A stretch of 64,000 bases of DNA from Octopus bimaculoides (Eukaryota): positions 4,422,319 through 4,486,318 of the forward strand of contig NC_068989.1 of the NCBI RefSeq assembly GCF_001194135.2. The letters run 5' to 3'. Below the pieces are notes generated by a model. It made no database searches, was not told the DNA's origin, and worked only from the letters and a program-made list of their open reading frames with translations. The position numbers and the translations under genes were made by a program. This document shows, in pieces, positions 51,600 to 64,000 of the stretch. Positions within the stretch are counted from its first letter, which is position 1. The number at the start of each line of letters is the position of its first letter.

Positions 51600-54060
51600 G
51601 ACGTGTGGTATTTTATTACACGTCATTTACATTCTAAGATCAAATTTCACTTCGATTGTCTTTGTTTTTTGATACAAGAGGTTGATGCAAGAACCAGTCA
51701 GCTACGATTGAATCAACTGTTCCTGACTCTGCAAAGTGTTGTAGTTGTGGGCATGTGTTGCACATCATCGTTTTTAGCTTGTATAATTCGCCAAAATATG
51801 TATCGTCACACAAAAGTTTGTCAATGTAACTTCAGAGTTTACGCCATACCGATGTTAAAATCTCCTTTCGTCGCCAAGAAGCTTCATCACTGCTTCATAA
51901 AATATTCTTTCTTGCCAAGCAATGCATATTTACTGGTAGTTGGATGGGGCACCTCAAGAAACTTTTTTATCGGATGAAATAGAATCAAGCTTTTCCCTCG
52001 GTGTATTACTGTTAATTGCTTTCAATTTATAAACGTGACAGGCATTTTTTCTTCGATAAAAATACTTTTTTTTCAGAAAGGCTCAAACTTGATCAGATCA
52101 TATTTCCATAAAATCTCCCTGAGAAAAATATTTGATCGGGTTTGCACAGCCAACAGAAGACAGGGAACAGAGAATTACATTTCGGTTTTTAATTCGTGCT
52201 CGAACCCAAAGATGACGGCACTGTTTTGAGAAAAATGGAGATAGTACAAACACAAGTACTCTTAATATAAAGAATGGTATCTAGTAAATAAAATCAAATA
52301 AGCCAACTTGATGGCATAATAAAAGCAAAGACATATTACATACACCCCAATGTTGTCGGTATATATTCAACAGAGAAAAGTTTTAGAGCAATAAAGCATG
52401 GAATATTTAAAGCCTTTTTGCCTATAAGACCCGCGGTGATTTCTGTGTTTTTGAGACCTCCTTTTGGGGGAAGAATGCATACTATATTCCATCAAATACG
52501 ATAATTCTTGAAATGATTGTTTTTTTCTTGTGTGTATTTACTAAAACATCAGGCAAACTGTCTGGCAGTATATATTTTGATATCTTTATTCACTGAAATA
52601 AAAAAAACTGATTAAGTCGGCTTTATCGTTCGTCTTTTACTAAATATAAACTTTTTCAGAAATATAAACAGAAGTTGAACCACCTCACAGAATAATAGAC
52701 ATGTCGCGCTGAATAAGATTTGTGATTGAAGCGCGTATATAAAATATTTAATAATAAAAAATTCTTCAAAACGGTGTTTTGATAAAAATATATTAAAACT
52801 GGAATTTATAAAAAAATTTCCAGACAGTGTAGCCATTAATAATTATTTGCTTTTAGTAAAAGTTCCACTGAATAAGCAGCTTTTTCCATTATTGTATAGA
52901 TGTGAATTTGTCCAGTGAGAAAGAAATCAAAATTACTATTTGTATAATTTTAGTTTAGTGACTGTCTTAGTTACAATACTGACTCGAATTAAAAATACCC
53001 GGCAGTATTTAACCTTTCTACGTTTGTGGTTTAAACACTGCCATAAGCAGATTTGTTAATTCTAGAGTATCAAGCGATGATTTTGGGATTCACTGGTTGA
53101 TTCCTTTTATAATGGTGATGTCTGGCTCTGAAACATTCAGATCAGCTGGAATCAAAAAGACTCCCGAGGAAAGTGAGTGATTATCCTTCAAAGCATAGCA
53201 GGTCTACATCTAGGTCTACAACATTTAAAACCTCGTATTAAGACGTATAAGCTTTGATAAACCAGAAATCCTAATATTAAACAAAACTGTATATAACTAC
53301 ATTTAGCATAGCCAGGACTTCCAGTCCTACAAACCAATTAGTTAGAAAAATAAAGAACGCCAAACTATATAAATTGCAACATTTATTCACCCTTCTTGAC
53401 GTTCTGTGAAAAGCGTAGACGGTTAAATTGTTGGGCTTCTGACCGTAATGTTGTGGGTTCCGTTTCGATGTATCCTAAGCTGAGACAATTCTTTTCACGT
53501 TGACAGAGCCCTTTCAGATATAATGGTGTTTGTCACAAATTGTCATATTGCAAAATTCTAGCCTAAAATCTTGCAAATGCAAGATGTCGACGGCCCTTGA
53601 TGACTGCGACATACTGTGCAAGGGTTGAATTTTTTCCTATTACCGCAATCAAAAGAAGTGAGGACAGCGATTCGAGTTTTTTCCGTCGTCGTACAGTATG
53701 TAACCATGTATCAGTAGCAGCCATGATGGAGCAAACCTTTTACCAAAGACCTACTAACCCTTGTTTTTATTCCAGACACTATACAACAAGGACACAACAT
53801 CTAAAGTGTCGCTTTTTTAGACAGTTGGCTATGAATTGTAAGTGATTTTTGCAGTTCTTTCACACATTTGAAGTGATCTCCCAGATACATCCTCTTTGGT
53901 TATAAGACCAATAAAGTAGGTACCAGCTACAAATTAGGAGAGATACATTTTGAAGGAACCCCTAATTCGTCCACTTCTTTTCATGATCGTACCCTTTCGG
54001 TCATTATCCAGCATTTTCACTTAAATGTTTCCTAGTGACGATATCAGAAGTGCCATGATG
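51600..54060 (-). mobile_element. Second degenerate hAT transposase relic, with a SINE-like insert at about 53420-53630
   Basis: FAPS..LIH / WLHTVRRRKKL; ALQSQILFS...FLKKFIF; WLCKP; FW..I...MPTTTTLC...IKKQR (dimerisation-like). Identified by eye only. Confidence 0.42.
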
Positions 54061-54164
54061 TTTGTGTCCTCGTTTTATTCTTTCTGCTTATTCTAAGTTC
54101 ACACATTGCAACAGTTTTATTTGATTTTCTTTGAAGGTTCTGATATCAAAACTTAAGAAATAAG

Positions 54165-54176
54165 ATGAATTTTGAG
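54165..54176 (+). CDS. Candidate start-codon mini-exon (MNFE) of CHS segment C
   Basis: ATG AAT TTT GAG|gtatgt gives a phase-0 donor compatible with 55916. Possible acceptor tttgaag at 54136. Too short to test by eye. Confidence 0.25.
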
Positions 54177-55915
54177 GTATGTAACGTTTAATTTTTCCCC
54201 CTCTCATTTTAAATTTACAGTGGTTAACTGCCTTAATTAGTGTCAACAGCTAACTGGAGTTGATCGACAGCTGTAAAAAAAAATAAAACTAAACAGCATA
54301 AAAATCATACGCTTATAATAATAAAGAAACGAAACTTCTCGTTCTTTTCTCTCCAACTTTCCTACTCAGACTTTTTTCTTTGTGAATGAAAATATATNNN
54401 NNNNNNNNNNNNNNNNNNNNNNNNNNNNNNNNNNNNNNNNNNNNNNNNNNNNNNNNNNNNNNNNNNNNNNNNNNNNNNNNNNNNNNNNNNNNNNNNNNNN
54501 NNNNNNNNNNNNNNNNNNNNNNNNNNNNNNNNNNNNNNNNNNNNNNNNNNNNNNNNNNNNNNNNNNNNNNNNNNNNNNNNNNNNNNNNNNNNNNNNNNNN
54601 NNNNNNNNNNNNNNNNNNNNNNNNNNNNNNNNNNNNNNNNNNNNNNNNNNNNNNNNNNNNNNNNNNNNNNNNNNNNNNNNNNNNNNNNNNNNNNNNNNNN
54701 NNNNNNNNNNNNNNNNNNNNNNNNNNNNNNNNNNNNNNNNNNNNNNNNNNNNNNNNNNNNNNNNNNNNNNNNNNNNNNNNNNNNNNNNNNNNNNNNNNNN
54801 NNNNNNNNNNNNNNNNNNNNNNNNNNNNNNNNNNNNNNNNNNNNNNNNNNNNNNNNNNNNNNNNNNNNNNNNNNNNNNNNNNNNNNNNNNNNNNNNNNNN
54901 NNNNNNNNNNNNNNNNNNNNNTGCTGAAAGCAGCCATGTCGGGGACAAGTTAGGTCGAAATCATTTTACCGATGCTTTGTTTTTTGTTTATATTTTCATT
55001 GCTTATTTCGACTGAATGAATCGCTTATTTACTAAGGATTTTAAACGAATTTTCCTAACGAATTTTGACTTTGCTTTTCATCCTTCTGGGTGGCTACGCG
55101 AAATGTTAGGGCATCGGAGAAGATGTCTGGCAATATATGTTTCCTTTCTAAGCTGGCGATCTGGCAGAAACACTAGCACGCCGGGCGAAATGTTTAACGG
55201 TATTTCGTCTCTTTACGTTCCGAGTTCAAATTCCACCGAGGTAGACTTCACCTTTCATCCTTTCGGAGTCAATAAATTAAGTCCCAGTTGCATACTGGGG
55301 TCGATCTAATCGACTGTCTCCCTCCCCAGAAATTTCGGGCCTTGTATCTAGCGTAGAAAAGCATATTTGTTCCGACTCTTTGCGTTGTCAGTTCAAATTC
55401 TGCTGCAGCCTACTTCGGTGATAACCTTAATGTTTCTCCTGGTTTAACATCACCATTTGATTCCTCGATATCTCTAGTGGAGTACACTTTTCTGCAGGCA
55501 TTTGGGTTAAATATTCGGACCTTGTTCTCTTCTCCCTATCACTAGAATTCGAGGTATTCTAAAGGGCTGTACACTCTACCCTTCCCATCCCTAAAAGGGT
55601 CGCCAGTCCCTTACAGGGTTACTCAACGACTGGAACAACGTGGAATGAAGCATTTTGTTCAAGAACACATGACGCTGTCCAGTCCGGGAATCGAAACCAG
55701 AATCTTATGATCAAGAGTGCTATACTCTTACCAGTGGGCCTCGCGCCGAGTTCAAATGCCGCCCAGGTCGACTTTGCCTTCCATCCTTTTAGGGTCGATA
55801 AAATAAGTACCAGTTGAGCAATGGGGTCGATGTAACCGACTAGTCCCCTCCTGCCAAATTCCAGGTCCTGTGCCAATAATAAAATATTATTATTATTTTT
55901 ATTTATTTTTTCCAG

Positions 55916-56025
55916 ATCCTGTTCAAAATTATTGGCTTCATTTTAAACACATTCCTTTTTACATTAACCAAACTCACTTTTCTCTACTTATTGCACCTTC
56001 ACGAGCACGAATCCAAAGAAACATG
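55916..56025 (+). CDS. CHS: Chitin synthase segment C, exon (first TM helix region)
   Basis: ttttttccag acceptor, tg|gtatgt donor, 110 nt, phase 0 to 2. ILFKIIGFILNTFLFTLTKLTFLYLLHLHEHESKET(W). Confidence 0.82.
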
Positions 56026-56245
56026 GTATGTACATCTATTTCTCTTATGGAACTTCTTTGAAAATTTCTATGAAATAAGTTCATGTTATCTTGTTTGTAC
56101 AAAAGACTTTATCGACTAATTTGTGTAGGGACGCGTTTGCACATACACGCATACATACATGTACGTACGTACATACATATCTCCATACATATATATGTAC
56201 ATACATTCATACGAACGTACGTACATACATACTAACACACACACA

Positions 56246-56290
<45 letters not shown>

Positions 56291-56619
56291 GGATCTCGTT
56301 GCTAAACATACAAGAAAAATATAAGATTGTATCTAAGAGTGAAGTTTATAGATATTCATGTAATAAACAGAAAAGAAACGATTTACCTTTATTTGCATTC
56401 AGAATGAATGTTATATCAATAAGACTGACTTCCTTTCTGCAGCTTTGCAATGATATCGGTATATGATATACGATATATATGCAATGAGTTCTAGGAAGGG
56501 AACAAACCAACAGCCCTTTCAAAGTCTTCAGTTATTTGATTTCTGAAAGCGATCTTCTTCAGCCTCAGAACTACATTCTCTCTCGTCTTTAGCTTCAAAG
56601 ATATAAAACTTCTTTAATA

Positions 56620-57320
56620 GCCTCCCCTTCTTATTGATTCAATATTACAAAACGGTTTCTCAACACTGCTGCGGGTCTTTAACTTTAAAAGATTCTTAGA
56701 AGGGCTCAGAATCTCCAGGCAAAAGGCATCGATTGTATTTGTGGATTTGTCCAGATCATTTAATAGCATCGATAGAAAGGCGCCTGTTGCATAACCTTTT
56801 GAATTATGATGTCCCAGATGCGACATCCATTACCGTCACATCTGGAAACTCATTATGCTTCATGCAAATCCCAGACTGGCCAGCCGGTATCCTTCAGAAA
56901 GATATCTTAAAACATTTTCTTTTTGTAACTCTGATGGATACATCCTTGGCACAAACTCCTAACTCCAAGGCATAACTTCACCATCAATTGATCAAAACTT
57001 TATATATATATATATGTTTCACTACGTCCATAAATCTCATCAACAATGTGATGTGAAAGAATCCCTTCAGAATGCTGCAGCCAAAATCACTCGGTTTCCC
57101 GATGCAAAGAAATATGAAAGTGTGACAATCAATGAGAACTAAAGCCACTTGCCAATAAATTCCAATGATAATATACAACTTGTGGGGGTCAGTAACTTTC
57201 TGTTCTTGGACCCTAAATTGCTGAGAATAACAAATACGTCCTGACATGCAAGGGAGACAATCTTGGAGACCCTGTAACAAGCTTTAAAATATCTAGCAAC
57301 CAATCTTTCAATGCCAGTTA
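56620..57320 (+). mobile_element. RTE-like LINE RT relic
   Basis: IVFVDLSRSFNSIDRK / LLNYDVPD / GILQKDILKHFLFVTLMD / NAAAK..DAKK in RT order, with frameshifts. Confidence 0.75.
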
Positions 57321-57552
57321 CATTAGAAATTACATTTTGGAAATTTGAAAAAAATTGTATCTCTCTTCAGACATATAGTGACTTAATGCCAAGGAGAGAA
57401 GAAACAAAAAACGAACGAATTTATCTGAAAACAGTGTTAGAATAATCAATATCGTGGAATCACGATCGTATTTCTCTTATCTTAAAAAAAAAAAAAGAAA
57501 AAACGTTGCCTTGATGGAAGGTTTTTAACAATTTTCCTTTTTCTCTTTACAG

Positions 57553-57679
57553 GATAGCTACAATGACATTAGTGCTTGCTGTGCCCGAAATTATTACTTT
57601 AGTCAAACTTTTGTGGAGCACGTCTTTTCTTGTCTCTGGCAAATTAAGAGAATGGCCGTCGCTGCCATCTTTGGTATCG
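57553..57679 (+). CDS. CHS: Chitin synthase segment C, exon
   Basis: ctctttacag acceptor, tcg|gtatgt donor, 127 nt, phase 2 to 0. IATMTLVLAVPEIITLVKLLWSTSFLVSGKLREWPSLPSLVS resembles the CHS W.L....PE..T segment. Confidence 0.88.
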
Positions 57680-57833
57680 GTATGTCACAAATTTAATATT
57701 TTGTTTTTTTTCATTTATAAATGCTTAATAGCGTTTTCCTTATTGCGTGTGTGTGTGTGTGTGTGTGTGTACTGTGGCGAGCTGATATTCGGAAGTCACG
57801 CTGCATGCCATCTTACGCAAAGTCAGAAACAAA

Positions 57834-58307
57834 GGTATATATATATCATATTAGAGGAAAAAGGACAACAAAAACCAGAGCAGGATGAGTATCTCAAGTC
57901 ATCTAGAATATTTAATTAGGGTAATGTGAATTTGAAGTCTTACAACTGTTTCTGGGATATCCCAAGTGATAGGCTAGCATGTCTGTACACAGGGCATTTC
58001 ATCATTACAGACAAGGTATGTATGAAAGTTCTAGAATAGAAGAATAAAGAGTTTTACTCTTAATTCTTCTATTATTTCATTCCTTATAAACTCTGAATTT
58101 CGCTGTCTAAATCTTCCGTACATACTCACCTTGTCTCTGACGTTGGAATACCCAGTGTACTAACATGCTAGCCTGTCACTTGGGATACCTCAAAAACAGC
58201 TGTAAGACTTCAAATTCACGTTACTCTAATTAAATATTCTAAATGACTTAAGATAGTCGTCCTACCTTGGTTTTAGTTGTGTTTTTCTCTCTAATATAAT
58301 ATATACC
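57834..58307. repeat. Long foldback (about 190-bp inverted arms plus inner hairpin) in CHS-C intron
   Basis: 57834-58022 pairs with 58118-58307, e.g. gtgaatttgaagtcttaca 57926-57944 is the exact reverse complement of 58201-58219. Inner stem aatagaagaataaagagt / actcttaattcttctatt. Confidence 0.92.
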
Positions 58308-58458
58308 TGCTAACTCGGAAGCCTAATACGGATCCCTAGTTCTAGCCTCATCTGCGAACTCGGAACCTAACGGATGACCAATTATAGTACTTATTCATTT
58401 AGATCACCAGTGAACTAAACCCCACATAATCTCTCTGCCCCACCTCTCTCTCTCTCTC

Positions 58459-58513
<55 letters not shown>

Positions 58514-59256
58514 TCACCTCAGGGAAAATGGAAGAATTCGTTGACGTTTGGAGCCTATGATTTTCAAAAATGGTAGATGAAGAGAGAGAATNNNNNNNNN
58601 NNNNNNNNNNNNNNNNNNNNNNNNNNNNNNNNNNNNNNNNNNNNNNNNNNNNNNNNCGTTCTACAATTTCTGTCTAGCAGATCATCTCACAGGGCATTGT
58701 TCGGTGCAGGGTTTTGATATAAGACACTTGCCCAAAGTGCCACACTGTGAGACTGCTAGGCATTCAACTCGTTATATTTCTTGGTGAGCATGCACAACCT
58801 AATGGTCAAAGTGTTTCACTCAATATTATAAATCCTATTTCATGTCTATTCACCCGTAAAATCTAGAATTCGGGAGCTGGTACAACTTTCCTTTACTTCC
58901 ACCGATCACATCCCGGATGTCTTCTGAATGTAGAGTAAGAAGACCAAAAGAGTGCCTGTGTGTTTGAAATTAAACACGTAACACGATTAAAAACACCACG
59001 GTATATACTACTTTGTTCTACTCGTTCGCGAATTACTGCTGGCTATTTTGTTGTTGTTTGTTCCTTCTCGAGCCTGGCTCTCTCTGTCTCTCTCTCTCTC
59101 TCTCTCTCCCCCTCCATCTTTCCCTTTCTCTCTTTTTTATGTACTTCTCTTTCTATTCTCTGTCTCTGTCTCTCTTTCTCTCCGTCTATCTCTCTGATTT
59201 TTGACCGTTTCTTCCATCAGTCTGATTCATGTTATTTCCACTTTATCTGTTTTCAG

Positions 59257-59403
59257 GGTATCGTCTGCTCTATAATGGAAAGCACCTCGTTAATATTTTT
59301 TGTTATGAGAATCGGTCCCAAACTTCATCCGATTATCCTCATCCCGTTACTAAGCAGTGTGCTCTGCTTCCATGTAATTTCAGTATCTTTTAAACAGGGA
59401 ATA
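59257..59403 (+). CDS. CHS: Chitin synthase segment C, exon
   Basis: ctgttttcag acceptor, ata|gtaagt donor, 147 nt. GIVCSIMESTSLIFFVMRIGPKLHPIILIPLLSSVLCFHVISVSFKQGI. Confidence 0.9.
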
Positions 59404-59949
59404 GTAAGTATTTATCTATTCGGAGATATCTCAGTTGTTTAATGCGTTCCTTAGCATTTATTGATATGCATGTATATAAAAAGCTCAGACTGGATAACGC
59501 TTGGGAAATAAACCAACTTACACACTGCGTACATTAAGATACATTACCAAAGTACACACATAACATATGTATTCTATATATCCTTTCCAAGGTTGTGTAT
59601 TCATATTTCTTGTGGAAATACGTGATGAGTGATATTGTACCATCCATGGATGCACGATTATATAACCGTGCCATGAAATTCAATGACTAGGTTTTCAGAC
59701 TATCAAAATATGAACTTTATTCTGCATCTGTATTGAGTATTCTTTATCCGATTCGTGAAATGCTTTCACATTACTTACTTACATACATACATACATACAT
59801 ACATACGGAGGAAACAATTCAACAAGAACTGCCCACATACACGTATATGTTAGCACTCAGATGTATGCATGTATTGTGTGAATGTTTATGAGCCACACCT
59901 ATACAAATGTGCATATCTCTAGTGTAGATATAACGAGGATATCTACACT

Positions 59950-60235
59950 AGAAGCATGGTATTTATCTTTGAGCGGTTTATTGAGAGACCAAATTCAATG
60001 GTTCCAGACTCCAGAATTATGAGGACGAGGGCGATGTCGTCTGCGAAGACGAGGCCAATGAATTACGATACTGGACGGCATGAACCTTCCCGGGAACAGA
60101 GTTCTACCTCGTTCAAATGTCATAGCGTATCGCAGTACAGTGGTCCCCAACCTTTTCACAGTGGCTCCCCTCCCTTTTACTTAAATACGTTTTCTCATGG
60201 ACCCCTTTTAATATGTTTATTCCTATATGTATATA

Positions 60236-60272
<37 letters not shown>

Positions 60273-62370
60273 GTATGTATATGTATATGTATGTATATGT
60301 ATATGTATGTATATGTATATGTATGTATATGTATATGTATGTATATGTATAGGTATGTATATGTATAGGTATGTATATGTATAGGTATGTATATGTATAG
60401 GTATGTATATGTATAGGTATGTATATGTATAGGTATGTATATGTATAGGTATGTATATGTATAGGTATGTATATGTATAGGTATAGGTATATATATGTAT
60501 AGGTATATATGAAATTTTGAATTTAGTTCAGACCCCAGTACTACCTTTGCGTACCATCAGGGATACGCGGACTCCAGGTTGGGAACCACTGCCGTAGTAT
60601 ATGACCCAAAGTTATGGTGAAAAGGAAAGGCGCTAAGGTGTCCTCTTGGAGTACTCCTGCGAATGTGCCGGTGTCTCCGTCAGGGGTGCATACGAGACAT
60701 TTACAGGTCGCATAGAGAGAGACAGCATATCATTTACAACTTCAATTGGTTTGCAATAAGCAGAGGGAATCTGGAACATTCGCTTACAGTGGACAAAGTC
60801 AAAAGGGGAGTAGGCACACAAAGACTTATGTTTCTTTGCTGAGATGGTTCCAATGAAACGGTGAAGAGTTTAAATATGTTCAGGAGTGGAGAGGCCTTTG
60901 CGAAAGTTGTTTCGGTTTGATCTGAGTAGTGTTTCGATAGGGTTTCGGATGTAATGAACATGATACAGTTGAGAAATTTTGCTGAGCATGACATCAGGCT
61001 GATGCCATGATACGAGCCATATTCTGGTAGATCTCGCTTCTTCGGAACAGGAATGATGCGGTTCAGCTTGAATTTCGATGGAGTTTGAGTGGGGATGTAA
61101 GTAGAATTTAGAATAGGAAGAAATAAAAAGAAGTAAATCTGGAAGCACACTGCCCACGCCACACGATTTGCCAGTCTTAAGCTGTTTAGCGTCAGTTAAT
61201 GCTTATCTGAGGGTAATCTTACCATTTGGAATATTGGTGAGCAGTGATGGGATTGGCATCACAACAAAATTGTCTGTGTGGGATGTATTGCTATTGAGTA
61301 GCTTTTCAAAGTGGGATTTCCGGACTTCTAGCAGATCTTGCGGGTTATTTGGTTTTATATTTTTATAGTTGCTTAGATTTGCCACCAGACAAGTTATTTA
61401 TAGCTTTCCAGTCTGTGGTGATTTGTCTGCTGCCATCTGCTTCTTTCACAAGGTTAATTTGCTCTTCGATGTACGCTTTCTGGTTAACATTGAGCTAAGG
61501 CTAAGGACGAGGCTGCTACAGCATTAAATGTTGCAGCAGTCTCGTCCCGATCATTTATCTGCTTTGCAGCTGCCATTCTGTTTCGGTCATAGTGAACTTT
61601 GGCACTCCTCTAAGGAACTTTGTTCTTTGAGAGTCGTACAGAAAGGATTGGTTGCTTAGCAGCGAAGGCAAAAGGCTTCGAGAATGTGGTGTATTCCTCC
61701 ATGAGGTCAGGACGTTCTACATGGAGTTCGGTGAATCTATTTTTGCATGTAGTTGGTATCTACGTCGGACAGGGAGGATCAGATATATTAAGGTGGATTT
61801 CCTTTTTGATTGAGTTCAACAGAGATTGAGCTGTATTTCAACGACAGGCCATGTGGTCAGTTTCTGGCAGTGTTTTATGTAGGTCTTTGTGCGTGAAAAT
61901 TGGGAAAACTGTGTTTGCAGAAAATTGTGCAACCACTGACAGAATGTCTGAGAAGCTATCACAGTTCCTATTTGGTTTGTCTAGAAGTGGCCATGGATCT
62001 TGTGGCGAGGTCTGCAGACATGCATTCCAGTTACTAAGGATTGCTAGAAAGAGTTTCATCTAGTGGTGTCGATGGCTGGCTGCCTACCATCATAGAAGAT
62101 ACTTTCGTTCTATTAATTAGCGAGTAACAAACGATGGTAAATGGTTTAGACCATGGCTTCAGAGATTTTTCAGTAACGGAAAATGTGGAGACGAGAAGTA
62201 ACCGCTGAGAGATGGAATTAACGGGTTCTGGAGGAAAGGATGGTGGGGGGGGAGGTGCTGACTAGGAGTCCACTGCCACGATTACCAGTGTCATTGGGGA
62301 AAATGCTGGTGTGGGCGATCTTACACTTCTTATGGGGTTCATTGAGTTAGTTACCAACTTCTACTTCGGC
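59950..62370 (-). mobile_element. Degenerate RTE-like LINE (APE endonuclease + RT), antisense in CHS-C intron
   Basis: EN relics FTIVCYS and ILSNWNA. RT relics IIPVPKKRDL...YHGISLMSCSAKFLN, RSNRNNFRKGLSTPEHI, AGVLQEDTLAPFLF, VFADDIAL. Confidence 0.85.
60138..60591. mobile_element. hAT-type MITE inserted in the LINE RT
   Basis: TIR cagtggtccccaacc / ggttgggaaccactg, 14/15. 8-bp flanks tcgcagta / ccgtagta, 6/8. Removing it restores RT continuity. Confidence 0.85.
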
Positions 62371-62911
62371 TCTCATGTTTTCTCTATCAGGACAGATATT
62401 AATCTTTGTAAAATGATAATATGGTCAGCACCCGACAAATTATGGAAAGTTTGGAAAACACAACAATTGTCATGAGACCTAAAATTGGCTTCTTTCGTGC
62501 TACGTTCTAATCTGTTTTGCCCTAAGAATGTAAATACTGGCCTCTTACGGCGGTCCAAAAGCGACCAGTGGACGGCACAAACACTCGACTTTTATGCAAG
62601 GCCTTTGACATCTCTTACACTTGACGATATATCAGACAAGTCACTTTATGGATCGTTTTTGCCCATCAGCCAGACAGTCAAAGACGGCTAAAATTTGCAG
62701 ACCACTTTTTTGGAGGAACGTTTTTCTGTATATATATATATAAAGATATTCAACTTACTGAAATAATAATTTGTATATAAGATACACATGTAAATATTGC
62801 CAGTTTTATTACTAAATTGTATGAAATACTGCCATATAATATGGCTTACTATAAGAAAATACCAAATTGCTAAAACATTTGAATTAAATTCTCTCTTTTC
62901 TTTTTTTCCAG

Positions 62912-63457
62912 TGCATATTGGTCCGTGAAATAATCTATTCAAACGTTAAATCTATGAAGAAACTGATTTATGCTGCATTCGGACTAATTTTTATAGCATT
63001 AATTGTGACCACGTCATTTGTGATTGGTTTTAGCCAAATCTTGACTATTTCAGAATCTCTAATTTTGTCCACATCCTTATTGGCTTTATCTTTCACGTGG
63101 TGCCCTGGAATAGCAATGTTTATAATACGATCTCAAGACGGCTTCGTTGATGGTCGTAAAAATGCCAATATAATTTATACTATTTTGAAATTGGTAGTAC
63201 TTTTTGTTTTAGCCGTTGTTATAACATACTTAAACCGCCTGGACAGCTTCGAAGAATCATTTTCCAGCTTAATGCAAGGTTTCCTTAATATAAACTCAAC
63301 AAAAACCATCAGCAATGGACTCTTGATTCACCTCTTTGCGGGTTTGTTATCGCATGCGTTCACTTACGTATCAGCACGAATATGCCTTACACGTAGTGGT
63401 ATTTACTTACCAACAATATTCGTCACTCCGATCACAATCTTGATCATAATTTTCGAC
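62912..63457 (+). CDS. CHS: Chitin synthase segment C, large TM exon truncated by a gap
   Basis: tttttttccag acceptor, phase 0, 182 open codons up to the N-run. ...LLALSFTWCPG...IIYTILKLVVL...LIHLFAGLLSHAFTYVSARICLTRSGIYLPTIFVTPIT matches the CHS LIQ...YL.Y.F..FACKI.IQ..S...P..L..P segment. Confidence 0.9.
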
Positions 63458-63557
63458 NNNNNNNNNNNNNNNNNNNNNNNNNNNNNNNNNNNNNNNNNNN
63501 NNNNNNNNNNNNNNNNNNNNNNNNNNNNNNNNNNNNNNNNNNNNNNNNNNNNNNNNN
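63458..63557. other. Exactly-100-N gap cutting a CHS exon
   Basis: Counted 100 N. Right boundary of the plus-strand CHS block. Confidence 0.85.
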
Positions 63558-63819
63558 AACTGATGATGTCATTCCATCAACGTGTGGACACTGGTTGCTC
63601 TCGTTCAAACTTTATGTTTAAATTTCTATAATTTTGAATTTTTATCACTTCTTATTATGAAGTTGACAAAGACAGACTTACTGTTAAAATATCGTCCAAC
63701 TAATAAAATATCTTACATTCGAATGTACCCGGTGTATCCTTATCAGACGGGTAGTCATGATGGGTATACAGGGCTTCGTATATTTTTACCCAGTGCCATA
63801 CACTGCTCTCGCACTCAAT

Positions 63820-63900
63820 AATAATAATGATAATGATGATAGTAATAATATTAGACTTACAGGAGAGTATTTGATAGTATCCCACATAACTGGCTACTCA

Positions 63901-63957
<57 letters not shown>

Positions 63958-64000
63958 GTAATAATAATAATAATAATAATAGTAATAATAATAATAATAA
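63820..64000. repeat. (TAA)n-rich microsatellite
   Basis: Directly visible. Numerous (CA)n, (TA)n, (CT)n and (TATG)n tracts elsewhere (e.g. 571-688, 4230-4630, 17727-17795, 44086-44188) are not listed individually. Confidence 0.95.

Noticed and set aside
56614-56826. Minus-strand ORF with VEKPFCN, resembling a CHS linker motif
   Set aside because: It is the antisense of a clear plus-strand RT relic.
62400-62690. Cys-rich minus-strand relic (CKRCQRPCIKVEC), possibly a piggyBac tail
   Set aside because: Too short and degenerate to call without a search.
63558-63625. Possible continuation of the CHS-C exon after the gap (TDDVIPSTCGHWLLSFKLYV)
   Set aside because: No recognisable CHS similarity and no strong donor. 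It cannot be excluded, and it matters for the orientation question.

Overview
AT-rich, microsatellite-dense eukaryotic scaffold with many N-gaps. The SINE families, repeat landscape and gene content suggest a mollusc, most likely an octopus (inference, not tested). The only host genes I can support are metazoan chitin synthases (CHS, GT2 family), present as three spliced segments reconstructed by hand with consistent GT-AG sites and phases. Segment A (minus strand, exons 11289 to <1) encodes the N-terminal transmembrane region and runs off the window. Segment B (minus strand, 8 exons, 44551 to 30469, 803 codons including the stop) encodes the catalytic domain (KRWSQ, EDR, QRRRW, WGTRD) and the C-terminus, but has no detectable 5' half on its own strand. 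Segment C (plus strand, exons 55916 to 63457) encodes an N-terminal transmembrane region paralogous to A. C lies in a 17.4-kb block bounded by two exactly-100-N gaps, so B+C may be one gene split by a mis-oriented scaffold piece or a real inversion; that would give two tandem, highly diverged CHS genes. The rest is transposon debris: tRNA-derived SINEs with swapped modules, RTE-like and R4/Dong-like LINE fragments (one with three C2H2 fingers), maT/mariner and hAT relics, MITEs, a long intronic foldback and satellites. No CRISPR array, rRNA or genuine tRNA gene was found. Most entries in the ORF track are microsatellite or gap artefacts. TE boundaries are approximate unless a TSD or TIR is quoted.
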